Shown: positions 1 to 11,672, counted from the first letter of the stretch. The stretch is 64,000 nt of DNA from Thermodesulfobacteriota bacterium (GCA_965198945.1 CBDAQI010000004.1:77230-141229), one strand, 5' to 3'. Notes: a model not told the origin generated them from the sequence alone. Numbers and translations are program-made.

Positions 1-353
1 AGCTCAAACAGGCTTTGATCATTCCGTTTTCTCAGCTGTTTGAGAATTAAGAGAAGCGTATCGTCGCCGAACGCATAATCTCGCACTGGTCTTCAAAACC
101 GCATTCTCTGATGTTCTCACCGATAATGTCCGCCACGCGAGGGCTTTTTTCAATAAATACAACCGAGTCCGCGCCTCTGCTGAGATTCTATTCCCAGAGC
201 GCCTGATCCAGCGAAAACATCCAGAACTCTGGCGCCTCCGGTATCTCCTAAAGTGTCAAACACAGACTTTTTCACCCGTGCCGCCATCGGGCGCACACCT
301 TTTGCGGCGGTTTTGATTTTTCTGCCTTTTGCCGAGCTGTTTATTACTCTCAT
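1..353 (-). CDS. rsmD: 16S rRNA m2G966 methyltransferase RsmD (3' end beyond window; apparent frameshift near 185)
   Basis: MRVINSSAKGRKIK...VRPMAARVKKSVFDTLG...VLDVFAGSGALGIES, continuing in another frame as (L)SRGADSVVFIEKSP; RsmD motifs. ATG at 353. Confidence 0.85.
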
Positions 354-444
354 ATCCCAACAAAGAATACCGAAAGGGTGTGGAGGTTTGAAGGGGAGTA
401 TTAAAGTTTGAATGAAAATTGAAGTAAAGATACAATAAAACGTT

Positions 445-3400
445 TTGAACAACCGGCGATTTACTGCTTCAGCGCGTCTCGGAGTGTGGGACGCCCTTGA
501 TGGCGGACATGGTAGTTTTGTTAAGTTTCTGAATAACGTTTCTCAAACTAATGCCCACGCTGTCATTGAATCTGACAGCTTTGAGTTTGCCGATACTAAA
601 GATGATACTATTGCCTCACTAACTGCTATCTGCGACAAAATTATTGTCCGTGGTAATCCAACACTACTGGATCTAAAATCCGAACGCCTATTGATGAGCG
701 GACTTTGCCAGCAGTTTCTGGGAGCGGAAGAATTGAACGAAGGACCCACGGTTGGGTTCCGCTTTTCCGGTGGTTTTAACAAAGATAGAGAACTTCGTGC
801 CGCCCTTGAGGAACTACTGCTTCTTCCCTTTTCAGGCAATTTCCCTTCCCGCGAACTGACTTCTAAAATGAGAGAAAGCGTTGGTGACGAAGAAGACAGG
901 TTTTTTGACCAGTTCAAATCTGTTTTTGGTAAAGGACTTTCGCTGTTCCTTCACAGTCAGATTAAAATCACAGATTTGGCGCAGTATCAGAGGATTGATT
1001 CACAATTAAGTAACAGCAGAGTTGACTTTGTTTTCAATGCGAACGGTATCCGCTGGGTTTTTGAAATAGATGGTGAACAGCACAAAGAAGCAGCACAAAA
1101 GTCTTTGGACAAAAAGAGAGATGCTTTCCTCAAAGAACACGGATGGAACGTTTACCGGTTTTCAAATGAGGATGTTCGTCAGGGACTGGAAAAACAACTT
1201 TTGGATTTAATGAATTAGGGGATTTGCAATAAGATTCAATACAAGAGGCAGTTTCCAAATCAGAAAACCACGCTGTTGCTCTTTACTCGGTTTTATTTCC
1301 AATTGCTTTGCAACGGTGTCTTCGCGGGTTGCTCTATCTTTATTTCTGTGAAGTTCTTGATCCCCGCAAAAGGCAGAGATTGTTGGTCATAGAAGAGGAT
1401 TTGCCCGTTTTTGCAGAAGCATTTCGAGTTTTTCAAGTCATCTGGGAGAAAATAAACATTCTTACACAGAATACGCCAACCCGCTCCCAAACCGGAAATT
1501 GACATCGTTTTAGCGAGTGACTTTGCGGATAAGCGCTTCACGGATTCCGAACAGGATAGTGTGCGTTTTGTTGATTCCCCGAATGGTAATTATGATTTGA
1601 TTCTCTCTCACAGTTCTTTTTTGTTTGCAGGAGATATTGGACACAAAGAGAAGGTTCATACGGACAAACGCAATGAGAAAATTGTGCGTATGAGACGTGC
1701 TGTAGGTTTATGCGTTGAGCGTTCACTGCAACGGTTTTCGCCTTTACGCTATGAACTTGCCGACCTTGAAGAGATGATTTCTCAACAAAACTGCGAGAAA
1801 CTCTCAGCGGGTGCGGAGAGAAAACGGGAAGCACTCCTGTTTTTTTGAGGAATGTATTCGGTAAACGCGACTTCCGGGAAGGACAGTTGCGTGTAATTAT
1901 CCGCCTTCTACAAAGAAAATCCTCAATTGTACTTTTGCCGACCGGCGCAGGGAAGTCTCTCACCTACCAACTCAGCGGCCTTCTTTTGCCCGGTATGACA
2001 CTTGTTGTCGACCCGCTTGTGGCTCTTATGAATGATCAGGTCCAGAATCTGCAAGCTGCCGGGATAGATATAGTAGATTCCATAAGCAGCGGTGATCCGT
2101 CTTCCAGAAGTGCGGTTTTAGAAAAAATGCAGAATGGTGAGATTGCGTTCCTGTTTATATCTCCGTAGCGCTTGCAATCCCAGGAGTTCCGGAATCATTT
2201 GAGGGCTGTGGTTAATGATTTTCCCGTCTCTCTTGCTGTCATTGATGAGGCGCATTGTGTGTCGGAATGGGGACATGATTTCCGTCCGTCTTATCTGCAT
2301 TTGTCTCGCAATTTGAAACACTACTGCGGTGGCGTTAATAACAACCCGCCGACATTTGTGGCACTTACAGGCACAGCATCTTTTGATGTTCTTACTGACA
2401 TTCAAATGGAAATGGAGGTCCAAGATGAGGAAGCAGTTGTTTTGCCTAATTCATTTGACCGTCCAGAGTTGAGGTTTGATGTTCGCGTAGTTCAGTCCAG
2501 AGAAAAGATGGGTAAATTGATTGAGATCAAGAGAAATTTGCCCCGCACTTGAGGCTTAACCCTCAGAACTTCGGTGATTTAAGAGGGGATGAAACAAACT
2601 GCGGCATTGTCTTTTGTCCACACGTCAATGGGACCCTTGGTGTTGTGCAAGTTGCTGAAAGACTTGGACATAAAAACTACTATTCCGGTAGCAAGCCCAG
2701 AGCGTTTCAAGGAAGTGATCAACAGTGGAACCAAAGAAAGATTTCTGTCCAAGAGGACTTTAAAAGAAACGCCTCCCAGGAGCTTGTTGCCACCAAGTCT
2801 TTTGGCATGGGGATTGACAAACCCAACATTCGTTACACAGTTCACTACACCATGCCTCAGTCTGTTGAAGCGTTCTATCAGGAGGCTGGGCGGGCTGGCA
2901 GAAACGGCAGGCAAGGATATGCTTTGTGTTCAATTATTTACAGTGATGATAATTGGGACTATGCCCAGGAACTACTCAATGAGCCGGACCATAGCAAAGC
3001 CCGCAAGAAATTTGAAACAAACAAAGTTAAATGGGATGACAGAGGTGATATTCTCACCCTGCTTTGGTTTTTATTCAATTCATATCAAGGACAAGATGAA
3101 GGAGAAAAAGCATTTGATTTTTGGAAGCGGAACCTTGCTCCGAAAGTCGAACGTTTGCCGATTGGAGCGAAAAATACGGCAGATATTTCTTTCACATCTG
3201 AAAAAGACCGTGAAACCAAAGAGAAGTCTATTTTTAGACTCATGTTGCTGGGTGTAGTTGATGACTACACGATTGATTGGCAGAAAAAACATTTTGCAGT
3301 TCAAGTTAATCAAACAGACTCTCTTAAGATCAGGGAACACCTTCACAAATATCTAAGTCAATACAAACTTGGAGACTATGCTGAAAAAAAGTTGAAATCA

Positions 3401-4093
3401 TTTCCCCAAGATACGGTTGAGAACTCACTGCAAAAAGCGCTCAGTATCATGATTGATTTCATCTACGATGAAGTTGTTGCAAAGCGTAAACAGGCCCTTC
3501 GCACAATGGGCGAGTTGTGCCGCAATTTTAAAGACGGTGAAAACTTTCGTGAGTCCATTCTTTCATATCTGCAAGAGTCTGAGTTTTCAGATGAATTGAA
3601 AAAGTGGGTTGGCTCTAGTTACAACGACATTGGACTTGAGCGCATAGACAAATTGTTAAAACAAGTTGACGGACTTGACCAGGCCAAACGACTTGTAGGC
3701 ACAACGCGTCGCATGTTGGATGAAGACCTGGGAAACTTGGCTCTCCGTTATCTTTCCGTTTGCGCTCGCACCATAAGCGAGACGGAAAGTGACAAAGGTA
3801 TTCTTGATGAAACCAGAACATTAGCAACTCAGATTCAATTGCAGAGAAAAGACTTAAAAGATTGTGATGATATTCTCATTTCTCTCTCGCTTTACATAGA
3901 TTCCAAGCGGAGTTCCTTGTTGAATAGAGTTGGCAAAATCATTTTTACCCATGCTGGAACGTATGCCTTTTCGCGGCGTGTATTGAAATCTGGACTTTTG
4001 CACAACAAGGTTTTTTATGAAAATTCGGTTGAATTAATTAGCCTCAAAGTTTTTCAAACCTTAAAAGAGATGAAGTTTCTCAAAAGCAAATAA
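445..4093 (+). pseudogene. Large RecQ-family SF2 helicase with N-terminal DUF559/Vsr-like nuclease domain, split into at least 6 ORF pieces
   Basis: RVDFVF...WVFEIDGEQH...DKKRDAFLKEHGWNVYRF (DUF559-like); Q motif DFREGQ, Walker A LPTGAGKS, VDPLVALMNDQV, DEAHCVSEWGHDFRPSY, ALTGTAS, ATKSFGMGIDKPNIR, YQEAGRAGR. Breaks near 1218, 1500, 1845 and 2550, plus an in-frame TAG at 2166-2168 (FISP*RLQ). Confidence 0.8.
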
Positions 4094-4109
4094 TTGTTAA
4101 AGTCCCGAT

Positions 4110-4745
4110 ATGTCAGATCCTAACAAAATTTTAGAACTGGAAGAAACATTGGAGAAATTGGTTTCTGAACTTAACCGTATGAAAACTGCGGCGGAAACCC
4201 TTCAAGATGCGGGAAAACGCATGGATGAGGTTTTGGGTGCCGCAGAAAATATTGCGACTAAAACAAAACAGGTTCCGGCTCACATAAAAGGTTTTATAGA
4301 TGAGACTGAAAAATCTGTGGAACAAGTTATAAGTGAGTCTAAGAAGGTATTAGAAACTCTTTCTAAAACTGATTTTAATAAACTTGCGGAAGCCGTTACT
4401 ACAATCAAATCAGATATAGAGTCTCTTGAGGATGAGTTCCAGAATAGCAACAGACAGACTATAAGTGAATTGGGTGAAGTTAGGAGCAAGGTTTCTGAAA
4501 TTGAGTCCTCGGTGCAGGTGTTCAGGAATGAGTTCCGAACTGAAAGAGGGAAAATTGAAGAGGATATTGGCGGAGTTGATAGCAGGCTTGTTGCTGTTGA
4601 GTCTATAATAGAGAAGATGAATCAAAAATCAAAGACAAGACAGTATGTGACAATGAGCTTTGTCATTTTGACATTTTTCGTTGCTCTCGCTGTTCTTTTG
4701 GGAATATTTGCCCCAAGTGTTATGGAATTGACTTTGCCCTTTTAA
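4110..4745 (+). CDS. Coiled-coil protein with C-terminal transmembrane anchor, unknown function
   Basis: 211-aa ORF starting 16 bp after the helicase stop; heptad-like E/K/L-rich body; C-terminal hydrophobic YVTMSFVILTFFVALAVLLGIFAP. Confidence 0.75.
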   Translation: MSDPNKILELEETLEKLVSELNRMKTAAETLQDAGKRMDEVLGAAENIATKTKQVPAHIKGFIDETEKSVEQVISESKKVLETLSKTDFNKLAEAVTTIKSDIESLEDEFQNSNRQTISELGEVRSKVSEIESSVQVFRNEFRTERGKIEEDIGGVDSRLVAVESIIEKMNQKSKTRQYVTMSFVILTFFVALAVLLGIFAPSVMELTLPF

Positions 4746-4754
4746 TTCAGTTAT

Positions 4755-5468
4755 TCACCCCTCCGCCATTATTTCAATAATTCGCGGGGCAAGGCAGTTC
4801 AGCATCAGGGTTTGCATTGGCGATTCATCGCCGGTTTGGTAGAAGTCAATCATCAGGCGGTTGAATTCAAGCTGCTTGCTTGCGGGCAGATTGATAACGG
4901 GCAATCCGCATGAGAGCAGAATGCCGTTCATCATTATTCTGCCAATGCACTTGTTGTCATCATAAAAAAACTGTGTTCTTGCCATTTACAGAAAAAGGGA
5001 TACGGAGTTAGCGTAGGTTCGCTCAATGTCCGCTTCCCGTTGATATAAAAAAGCGGTGTGTTTTTCCTCCAACTTCCGCCATTTTTCTCTCAACTCCGAG
5101 GCATTCGGCGGTTCGTAATCCGTGCCGGCCATTGTAACGCCGCCGTCTCTGAATTTTTCCCACAAAAGCGCTTCCCGCTTTGCGAGAATTCCGTGCAGTT
5201 CGCAAACAAAACTTTCAGAAAGATTGAATTCATCGGTTTCCAGCCGCTTTAAGAGAAACTTCCACGTTTCCGCCTGATTCAGCGCAATGGTTTCGTCTTC
5301 CAATCGGTGTCCGCCAACTGTTACGCCGTCAAGCAAGGTTTGCACTTCGGGCAGGGTGAAGTTCACCCCTTCAAGGTTCACCGCATCGCAGACCAATTCG
5401 GGCAACTGTTTTGCGGCAAGCAGAACGGCTTTTTTGCGGTTTGGTTTGATTTTTGAAAGGTCAGGCAT
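4755..5468 (-). pseudogene. Fic/Doc family protein with in-frame stop
   Basis: DAVNLEGVNFTLPEVQTLLDGVTVGGH typical of a Fic subfamily; in-frame TAA at 4986-4988 (LFL*MART); degenerate Fic motif QFFYDDNKCIGR. Confidence 0.8.
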
Positions 5469-5593
5469 TGGAGGCAATAATATACGCTTCGGCCGGGAAA
5501 ATTGAATGGGCGCACGAAACAAACCGCTGATTGATTAAGCTCCGTATTTGTAATATAGTAAAGGAATTCCAAACCTTTTCCGGTTTTCAAAAT

Positions 5594-8108
5594 ATGGCAG
5601 AAGACACATCCCGTTTCGTTCCCGCAAGCATTGAAGATGAGATGAAGGAGTCTTATCTCTCCTATTCAATGAGTGTGATTGTGGGCAGAGCGCTGCCCGA
5701 CGCCAGAGACGGAATGAAACCCGTTCACAGACGCATTCTCTACGGTATGCACGAAGCCGGGAACGCATGGAACAGACCTTATAAGAAATCCGCCCGAATA
5801 GTCGGGGAAGTGATGGGTAAATTCCCACCCTCACGGCGATTCGGCAATTTACGACACGCTTGTGAGAATGGCCCAGGATTTCTCAATGCGATATCCGCTT
5901 GTTGACGGGCAGGGAAATTTCGGCTCAATGGACGGTGACCCGCCGGCCGCGATGCGCTACACGGAAGTCCGTCTTGACAAAATTGCGGGAGAGCTTCTGG
6001 ATAATCTTGACAAAAACACGGTTGATTTTGTTCCAAACTACGATGGCGGAGACGAGGAGCCGGTTGTTCTTCCGGCGCGTCTGCCCAACCTTCTGCTTAA
6101 CGGCTCCGCAGGAATTGCCGTCGGTATGTCAACAAACATTCCCCCGCACAATCTCGGCGAACTTGTTGACGCTATTGCGGCTCAAATAAAAGACCCCAAT
6201 ATAACTACCGCGCAGCTTATGAAACACCTCCCCGGTCCGGACTTCCCGACCGGAGGATTCATCCACGGCAGCGCTCCCATAAAACAGATATACGAAACCG
6301 GAAGAGGGATAATCAAAATCAGGGCGAGAGCCGCCATAGAGAGACAGAAAAAAGGAGATCGCAGCCTGATAGTGATAAGCGAGGTTCCTTATCAGGTCAA
6401 CAAAGTCAGGCTCATAGAGCGCATCGCTGACCTTGTCAAAGAAGACAAAATAAAAGGAATAAGCGACATTCGCGACGAATCTGACAGAGACGGAATACGC
6501 CTTGTAGTGGAACTTAAAAGAGGCGAGAATGCCGAGGTAATACTCAACCAACTCTACAAAAACACCCAGATGGACACATCATTTGGTGTGATAATGCTTG
6601 CGCTTGTCGGCAGCAAGCCGGAGATCCTTCCTCTCAAAAGCGCTCTTGCCAAATTCATAGAGCACCGCAGGGAAGTCGTAATACGCAGAACCCTGTTTGA
6701 TCTTGAAAAAGCCGAAGCGCGGCTCCATATCCTTGAGGGTTTGAAAACGGCTCTGGACCACCTGGATGAGGTCATAAAACTTATAAGAGCTTCAAAAAGT
6801 CCCGAAGAAGCCAAAAACGGTCTTATGGCGAAACTCTCCCTGTCCGCCATTCAGGCACAGGCGATTCTTGACATGAGACTGCAGCGGCTCACCGCTCTTG
6901 AGAGAAACAAAATTGTTGAAGAGAGAGACGAACTTCTGAAGACTGTCGCCGAGGTCAGAAAGATTCTTGCAAGTGAAGATCTCATCATGGAAATCGTAAG
7001 CGATGAACTGAAAGAGATAAAAAAGAAATATTCAGACCCGCGAAGAACCGAGATAATTGAAAACGCCGAAGAGATTTCAATGGAAGACCTCATATCAGAT
7101 GAAGATATGGTCGTAACAATTTCCCACGAGGGTTATATAAAAACCACACCTCTCAGCATTTACCGCAGCCAGAGGCGGGGCGGCAGGGGCAAGAAGGGAA
7201 TGACCACCCGTGAGAGTGACTTTGTTGAAGACCTTTTTACGGCTTCAAACCATGACCGGGTGCTCTTCTTTACCAATCACGGCAGGTGTCACTGGTTGAA
7301 AGTTTACGAAATCCCCGAAGCCGGTAGAACCGCAAGGGGCAGGGCCATGGTTAACCTGCTGAACCTCGGCCAGGGTGAAAAAGTGGCCGCCGTGCTTCCG
7401 GTGAAAAAGTTTGAGGAAGACAAGTTTATTCTTATGGCCACACGGCGCGGCATTGTTAAGAAAACGAATCTGATGGCGTATTCGCGTCCGCGTTCGGGCG
7501 GAATAATCGCTCTGAACATAAAAGACGGAGACGAACTTGTCGCAGCGCGCATAACAAACGGAAGCAGTGAGATTTTTCTCTCTTCACACGAAGGCAAGGC
7601 AATCCGTTTTGAAGAGGAGAAGGTTCGCGCGATGGGCAGGGGGGCGGCAGGAGTGAAGGGAATGGGGCTGGACAAAAACGATTTCCTGGTGAGTCTTGAA
7701 ACCGTTGAAAATCCCGAGGCGCAGATTCTGACGGTTACCGAAAAGGGTTTTGGCAAAAGGACGCGCGTTTCCGATTACCGGCGGACAAATCGCGGCGGCA
7801 AGGGAGTTAAAACCGTTGATATAACAAATAAAAACGGCAAAGTGGTCGGTGTTTTTCAGGTTGCGAACGGAACGCAGCTCATTCTTATAACCACCCCCGC
7901 CGGAAAAGTAATCAGGGTCAATGTGAGCGAGATAAGGAGCACCGGGCGGGTTGCCCAGGGCGTAAGGATAGTACGTCTTGACGAGGGTGAAACCATTGCG
8001 GCTGCGGCGAAGGTTGTTGAGAGAGAAGACCCTGATATTGAGAAAGATGAAGCTGTTTCACAAACGGCCAACGGCGCTGATGAGGCGGCGGAAACTGACG
8101 AGGATTGA
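5594..8108 (+). CDS. gyrA: DNA gyrase subunit A (one +1 indel near 5825, probably an assembly error)
   Basis: [41 protein letters not shown] across the indel; AAMRYTE catalytic Tyr; GyrA box QRRGGRG; C-terminal pinwheel repeats. Confidence 0.97.
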
Positions 8109-8610
8109 GGCGGGATTGCGCCGCGAAATAGAAAATGTTTTTACATACCTTCCGGGCAACAACTGTTTTGCCTGCCATCCGGAAAATGAGCTCGGTTTGA
8201 AACTGAGGTTTTACGCAGATGACCAAAGCGGTGAGGTTTTCACAACACTCACTCCCGAAAAACATTTCAACGGATTTCCCGGAATTCTTCACGGCGGGAT
8301 CCAGTGCGCGATACTTGATGAACTCGCCTTCTGGGCAATGTTTGACAAAGTGGGCAAGCTCGGCCTTACAACCCGGATTGACCTGCGCTATCTCGCTCCG
8401 GTCGGTTTTGACGCCCCGCTTGACGCGCGCGCGAAAGTGTTTGAGCAAAAAGACAGAACCGTCCGTGTTTCAGCCGCAATTAAAGGGAAAAATGGTAGAG
8501 ACTCGGCAAGAGCCATTGTGACATATACGCTTCCCGACAGAAAAACCCTGAACTCCATTCTCGGAGAGAATACACTTAAGGGGAAGTTTGAAAGGTATAT
8601 CAAGGAGTGA
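8080..8610 (+). CDS. PaaI-family hotdog thioesterase (start uncertain)
   Basis: [15 protein letters not shown]...[20 protein letters not shown] hotdog motif. Confidence 0.85.
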   Translation: MRRRKLTRIEAGLRREIENVFTYLPGNNCFACHPENELGLKLRFYADDQSGEVFTTLTPEKHFNGFPGILHGGIQCAILDELAFWAMFDKVGKLGLTTRIDLRYLAPVGFDAPLDARAKVFEQKDRTVRVSAAIKGKNGRDSARAIVTYTLPDRKTLNSILGENTLKGKFERYIKE

Positions 8611-8656
8611 AGGTATTTTCACAGTATAAAATTTATGGAACCCGGAGTAACTATAA

Positions 8657-9688
8657 ATGAAAGATTATAAGAACAGGTCTTACTTATCCGTGACGGAAGT
8701 TGCTTCATATTTGGGAACTACCGTTAAGAATGTTCACAGTCTTGTGCGCTCAAAAAGTTTGAAGAGTTATAAATCAACAAGTGGTCAATATAGATTTGAC
8801 ATCAAGGATATAAAGAAAGCTGTTCCGATGATAGGTAACAAACCCTTTCAGCATATTGACACAGAAACTGTAATTGAGATTGAAGAAACAAAGCAGATTC
8901 TTTATCTCGGAGATTCTCGTAGGATGAGCAAGGTTGACGATGAATCTGTCCACTTGTCCATTACTTCACCTCCCTATTTCAATACAAAAATGTATTCCCA
9001 GGATAGCAAAAATGATTTGGGCAATATACATGAACTGGAACAGTGGCTGACCGAAATAGGAAAAGTTTGGGGTGAGGTTTTCAGGGTTCTGCAAGCGGGC
9101 AGGAAGTTCTTTCTAAACATAATGAATCTACCTGTAAGACACAAAGGTAGTTTTAGGACACTTAATCTAATAGGAAAGACGATTGATATATGTGAGGAAA
9201 TAGGGTTTGTTTTCAAGAGAGATATAATTTGGCAGAAGACTAACGGTGTTCGTGCCCACTTTGGAACTTACCCTTATCCCGGTGGTATTCTTATAAACAA
9301 CATGCATGAATTTATTCTTGAATTTGACAAACCTGCAAAGCCGGGAACCAAAAAATACTCTCACTTGACAAAAAAACTGAAAGATAAGTCCAAGTTGACA
9401 AAAGATTTTTGGTTGTCTCTAAAAAACTCCGATGTGTGGATTATGAAACCGGAAAAGAGTGGAGGCAATCGTAAACATATAGCTCCATTTCCTATTGAAT
9501 TGCCGTTGCGTCTTGTAAAAGCATACAGTTTTGTCGGTGAAACAGTCCTTGATCCTTTCTGCGGTTCTGGTACAGCTCTCATTGCGTCTGCACGGGAGGG
9601 TCGTAATGGTATAGGATGTGAACTCAATAAGGATTTTCTTAATCATGCAAAGAGTGAGCTTAATAAGGAGAAAAATCGGCTTCTATGA
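8657..9688 (+). CDS. Site-specific DNA methyltransferase (N4-C/N6-A, beta-class motif order) with N-terminal excisionase-like HTH
   Basis: N-terminal YLSVTEVASYLGTTVKNVHSLVRSKSLKSYKSTSGQYRF (HTH_17-like); catalytic TSPPY precedes the SAM-binding VLDPFCGSGT; HIAPFPIELP. Confidence 0.92.
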   Translation: MKDYKNRSYLSVTEVASYLGTTVKNVHSLVRSKSLKSYKSTSGQYRFDIKDIKKAVPMIGNKPFQHIDTETVIEIEETKQILYLGDSRRMSKVDDESVHLSITSPPYFNTKMYSQDSKNDLGNIHELEQWLTEIGKVWGEVFRVLQAGRKFFLNIMNLPVRHKGSFRTLNLIGKTIDICEEIGFVFKRDIIWQKTNGVRAHFGTYPYPGGILINNMHEFILEFDKPAKPGTKKYSHLTKKLKDKSKLTKDFWLSLKNSDVWIMKPEKSGGNRKHIAPFPIELPLRLVKAYSFVGETVLDPFCGSGTALIASAREGRNGIGCELNKDFLNHAKSELNKEKNRLL

Positions 9689-10818
9689 GAGAACTCCTTG
9701 ATAGCAGAGGAGTCTATGCACAGTCAAGCGATATTAAATCAAGAACTTATCTTGAATATCGCAAGGATATGAAGAAGAAAGCTATAGCTGAGTTGGAAAC
9801 AAGGGAGTGGCTTGAAGAGAAACTCAAGAGAATGTACGAAACTGAAAATGTTCAAGTAGTCAAAAGCGGGGGAGATTCCCACATATGGTTTTTGAGAAAA
9901 GGGGGAACTGTGTCAGGTGAGCTGGACTATAAAGCCTTTGTAAATGGTTCCGAATACAACCTTGAATTTCAATATACAGACAGAGCCGATTTGGATTTTT
10001 ACGATTTCAAAGTTTCAAAAGTCGGCAAAAAACAAAGAGGTAAGAATAAAAGGCTGCCTCATAATGACAGATTATTTTTTTACATAATCAAACCTTCTTG
10101 TCAATTTGCATTGTTTACTTCCAAGTGGATTATGGAAAATGGCAGGGAAGAAAGTGTTCCAGCTTGGGGTAGCAGGCCCGCTTTTAGAATTCCTGCCGCT
10201 TCATTTAAAGAAATTTTTGAGAGCGATGAAAGCTTGGTTCCAATAGTTGATTCAATAAACAAAAAGAATCAACTGTTGGATGAGCAGTCGGTTTTTATTG
10301 CCAGAGAGAAACTGAAATTTTCCAGTGAATTGCAAGCGGTTGTTGACCGAGAGGAAATATTCAAAATTATTCCCAGAACAATGGAAGGTTTTTACAGGTC
10401 TTGTTTTATTCTGGATAACATTGGCAAATATCCTGATAATCTTCCTCTGTGGTTGGTTTACGGAACAAGCCTCTGCTCCAAGGATTTGAATTCTTATCAG
10501 CACGCCCAGTTGATGTATTCACTTGACTATTTTTATGCGAGGTTGGATCAACCCTCAAATAATGAACTGAAGGCATTTGTTGGGGCAATGAAAATTTTTT
10601 CGGCTTATATTGAAGAAGTCCAATCCAATAATTTTCAAACCTCCGCTGATTTGTCTCCAAGAGAAGAGGTTGTGAACTTTTTATTTCTGGTCAATTTGTA
10701 TGAAGATTTAATTCAAGAGTTAAGGTTTACGAACGAGATAGAGGATTTTTTGCCAGTTAACAAAATTTTTCAATCCATTAAAAAAATAGATTCCATCCTG
10801 AATATTCTGGCGAATTAG
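9685..10818 (+). CDS. Putative type II restriction endonuclease
   Basis: ATGA overlap with the MTase; same AT-rich composition; possible PD-(D/E)XK-like segment ELDYKA...LEFQY. Family not recognised. Confidence 0.55.
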   Translation: MRELLDSRGVYAQSSDIKSRTYLEYRKDMKKKAIAELETREWLEEKLKRMYETENVQVVKSGGDSHIWFLRKGGTVSGELDYKAFVNGSEYNLEFQYTDRADLDFYDFKVSKVGKKQRGKNKRLPHNDRLFFYIIKPSCQFALFTSKWIMENGREESVPAWGSRPAFRIPAASFKEIFESDESLVPIVDSINKKNQLLDEQSVFIAREKLKFSSELQAVVDREEIFKIIPRTMEGFYRSCFILDNIGKYPDNLPLWLVYGTSLCSKDLNSYQHAQLMYSLDYFYARLDQPSNNELKAFVGAMKIFSAYIEEVQSNNFQTSADLSPREEVVNFLFLVNLYEDLIQELRFTNEIEDFLPVNKIFQSIKKIDSILNILAN

Positions 10819-10834
10819 AAAGGAAAAAACAAAA

Positions 10835-11437
10835 ATGAAACTCTACACACATCCCCTTTCCGGCAACGCTTATAAAGCCGAACTTCTGCTGTCTCATCTC
10901 GGCGCGGAGTTTGAGAAAATCAACATTGACATATTCAGGGGTGAGAACCGGACTGACGAATTCAGAAAACTCAATCCCAACTGCAAAATTCCGGTTCTTG
11001 TTGACGGCGATTTTGTTATGTGGGAATCAAACGCGCTTCTGTTCTATATTGCCCGCAAATTCGCGCCAAACTCTTATCTTCCCGAAGATCCCGAGGCTTT
11101 TGGTAAGGTGGCGCAGTGGGTTGTATTCGGAAAAACAACTCTGGACACTTCGCTCGCGCTTGCGCGTTTCTGGACAAAATATCTTGCTGCGGAAAAGGTT
11201 GATGAAGACGCTCTCACGCAAAAACGGAAAGAAGGCAGAGCCGCTCTTGAGATTTTGAACGGCGCCCTGAAAAACCGAGAATTTCTCTCAGACGGCTACA
11301 CAATCGCGGATATTGCCTGTTATCCGTATGTTTCGCTCGCAAATGAGGGCGAAATTGACATTTCACCGTATCCCGAAGTTTCAAAATGGGTCGGAAGAAT
11401 TGAGTCTCAGCCCGGATTTGTTCGTATGGGTAAATGA
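10835..11437 (+). CDS. Glutathione S-transferase family protein
   Basis: MKLYTHPLSGNAYKAELLL...LNPNCKIPVLVDGDFVMWESNALLFY...YTIADIACYPY. Confidence 0.93.
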   Translation: MKLYTHPLSGNAYKAELLLSHLGAEFEKINIDIFRGENRTDEFRKLNPNCKIPVLVDGDFVMWESNALLFYIARKFAPNSYLPEDPEAFGKVAQWVVFGKTTLDTSLALARFWTKYLAAEKVDEDALTQKRKEGRAALEILNGALKNREFLSDGYTIADIACYPYVSLANEGEIDISPYPEVSKWVGRIESQPGFVRMGK

Positions 11438-11510
11438 GCGGGTGGCGGGATTCGAACCCGTGACCTTTTCCTTGGCAAGGAAACGCTCTAGCCAGCTGAG
11501 CTACACCCGC
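11437..11510 (-). tRNA. tRNA-Gly(GCC)
   Basis: GCGGGTGTAGCTCAGCTGGCTAGAGCG-TTTCC TTGCCAA GGAAA-...GGTTCGAATCCCGCCACCCGCT; cloverleaf, CCA not encoded. Confidence 0.95.
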
Positions 11511-11524
11511 GAAGATGAGGCATA

Positions 11525-11553
11525 AAGGTATCTTTCACTTTTTTTGTTGTCAA
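11525..11553 (-). promoter_or_regulatory. sigma70-type promoter for tRNA-Gly(GCC)
   Basis: Minus strand TTGACA-N17-TACCTT, ending 14 nt upstream of the tRNA 5' end. Confidence 0.6.
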
Positions 11554-11570
11554 CTTGAGTTTGGTAAATG

Positions 11571-11644
11571 AGCGGAAGACGGGATTCGAACCCGCGACCC
11601 TTTGCTTGGGAAGCAAATGCTCTGGCCGGCTGAGCTACTCCCGC
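11571..11644 (-). tRNA. tRNA-Gly(CCC)
   Basis: GCGGGAGTAGCTCAGCCGGCCAGAGCA-TTTGC TTCCCAA GCAAA-GGGTCGCGGGTTCGAATCCCGTCTTCCGCT. Confidence 0.95.
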
Positions 11645-11672
11645 AGTATTTTACTTTTGACCGCAAAAGCGG

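Noticed and set aside
2166..4988. In-frame TAG (helicase) and TAA (Fic) as evidence of stop-codon reassignment
   Set aside because: Core genes here end normally with TAG (guaB, mutL, alaS) and TAA (guaA, metK); the internal stops occur only in decaying accessory genes.
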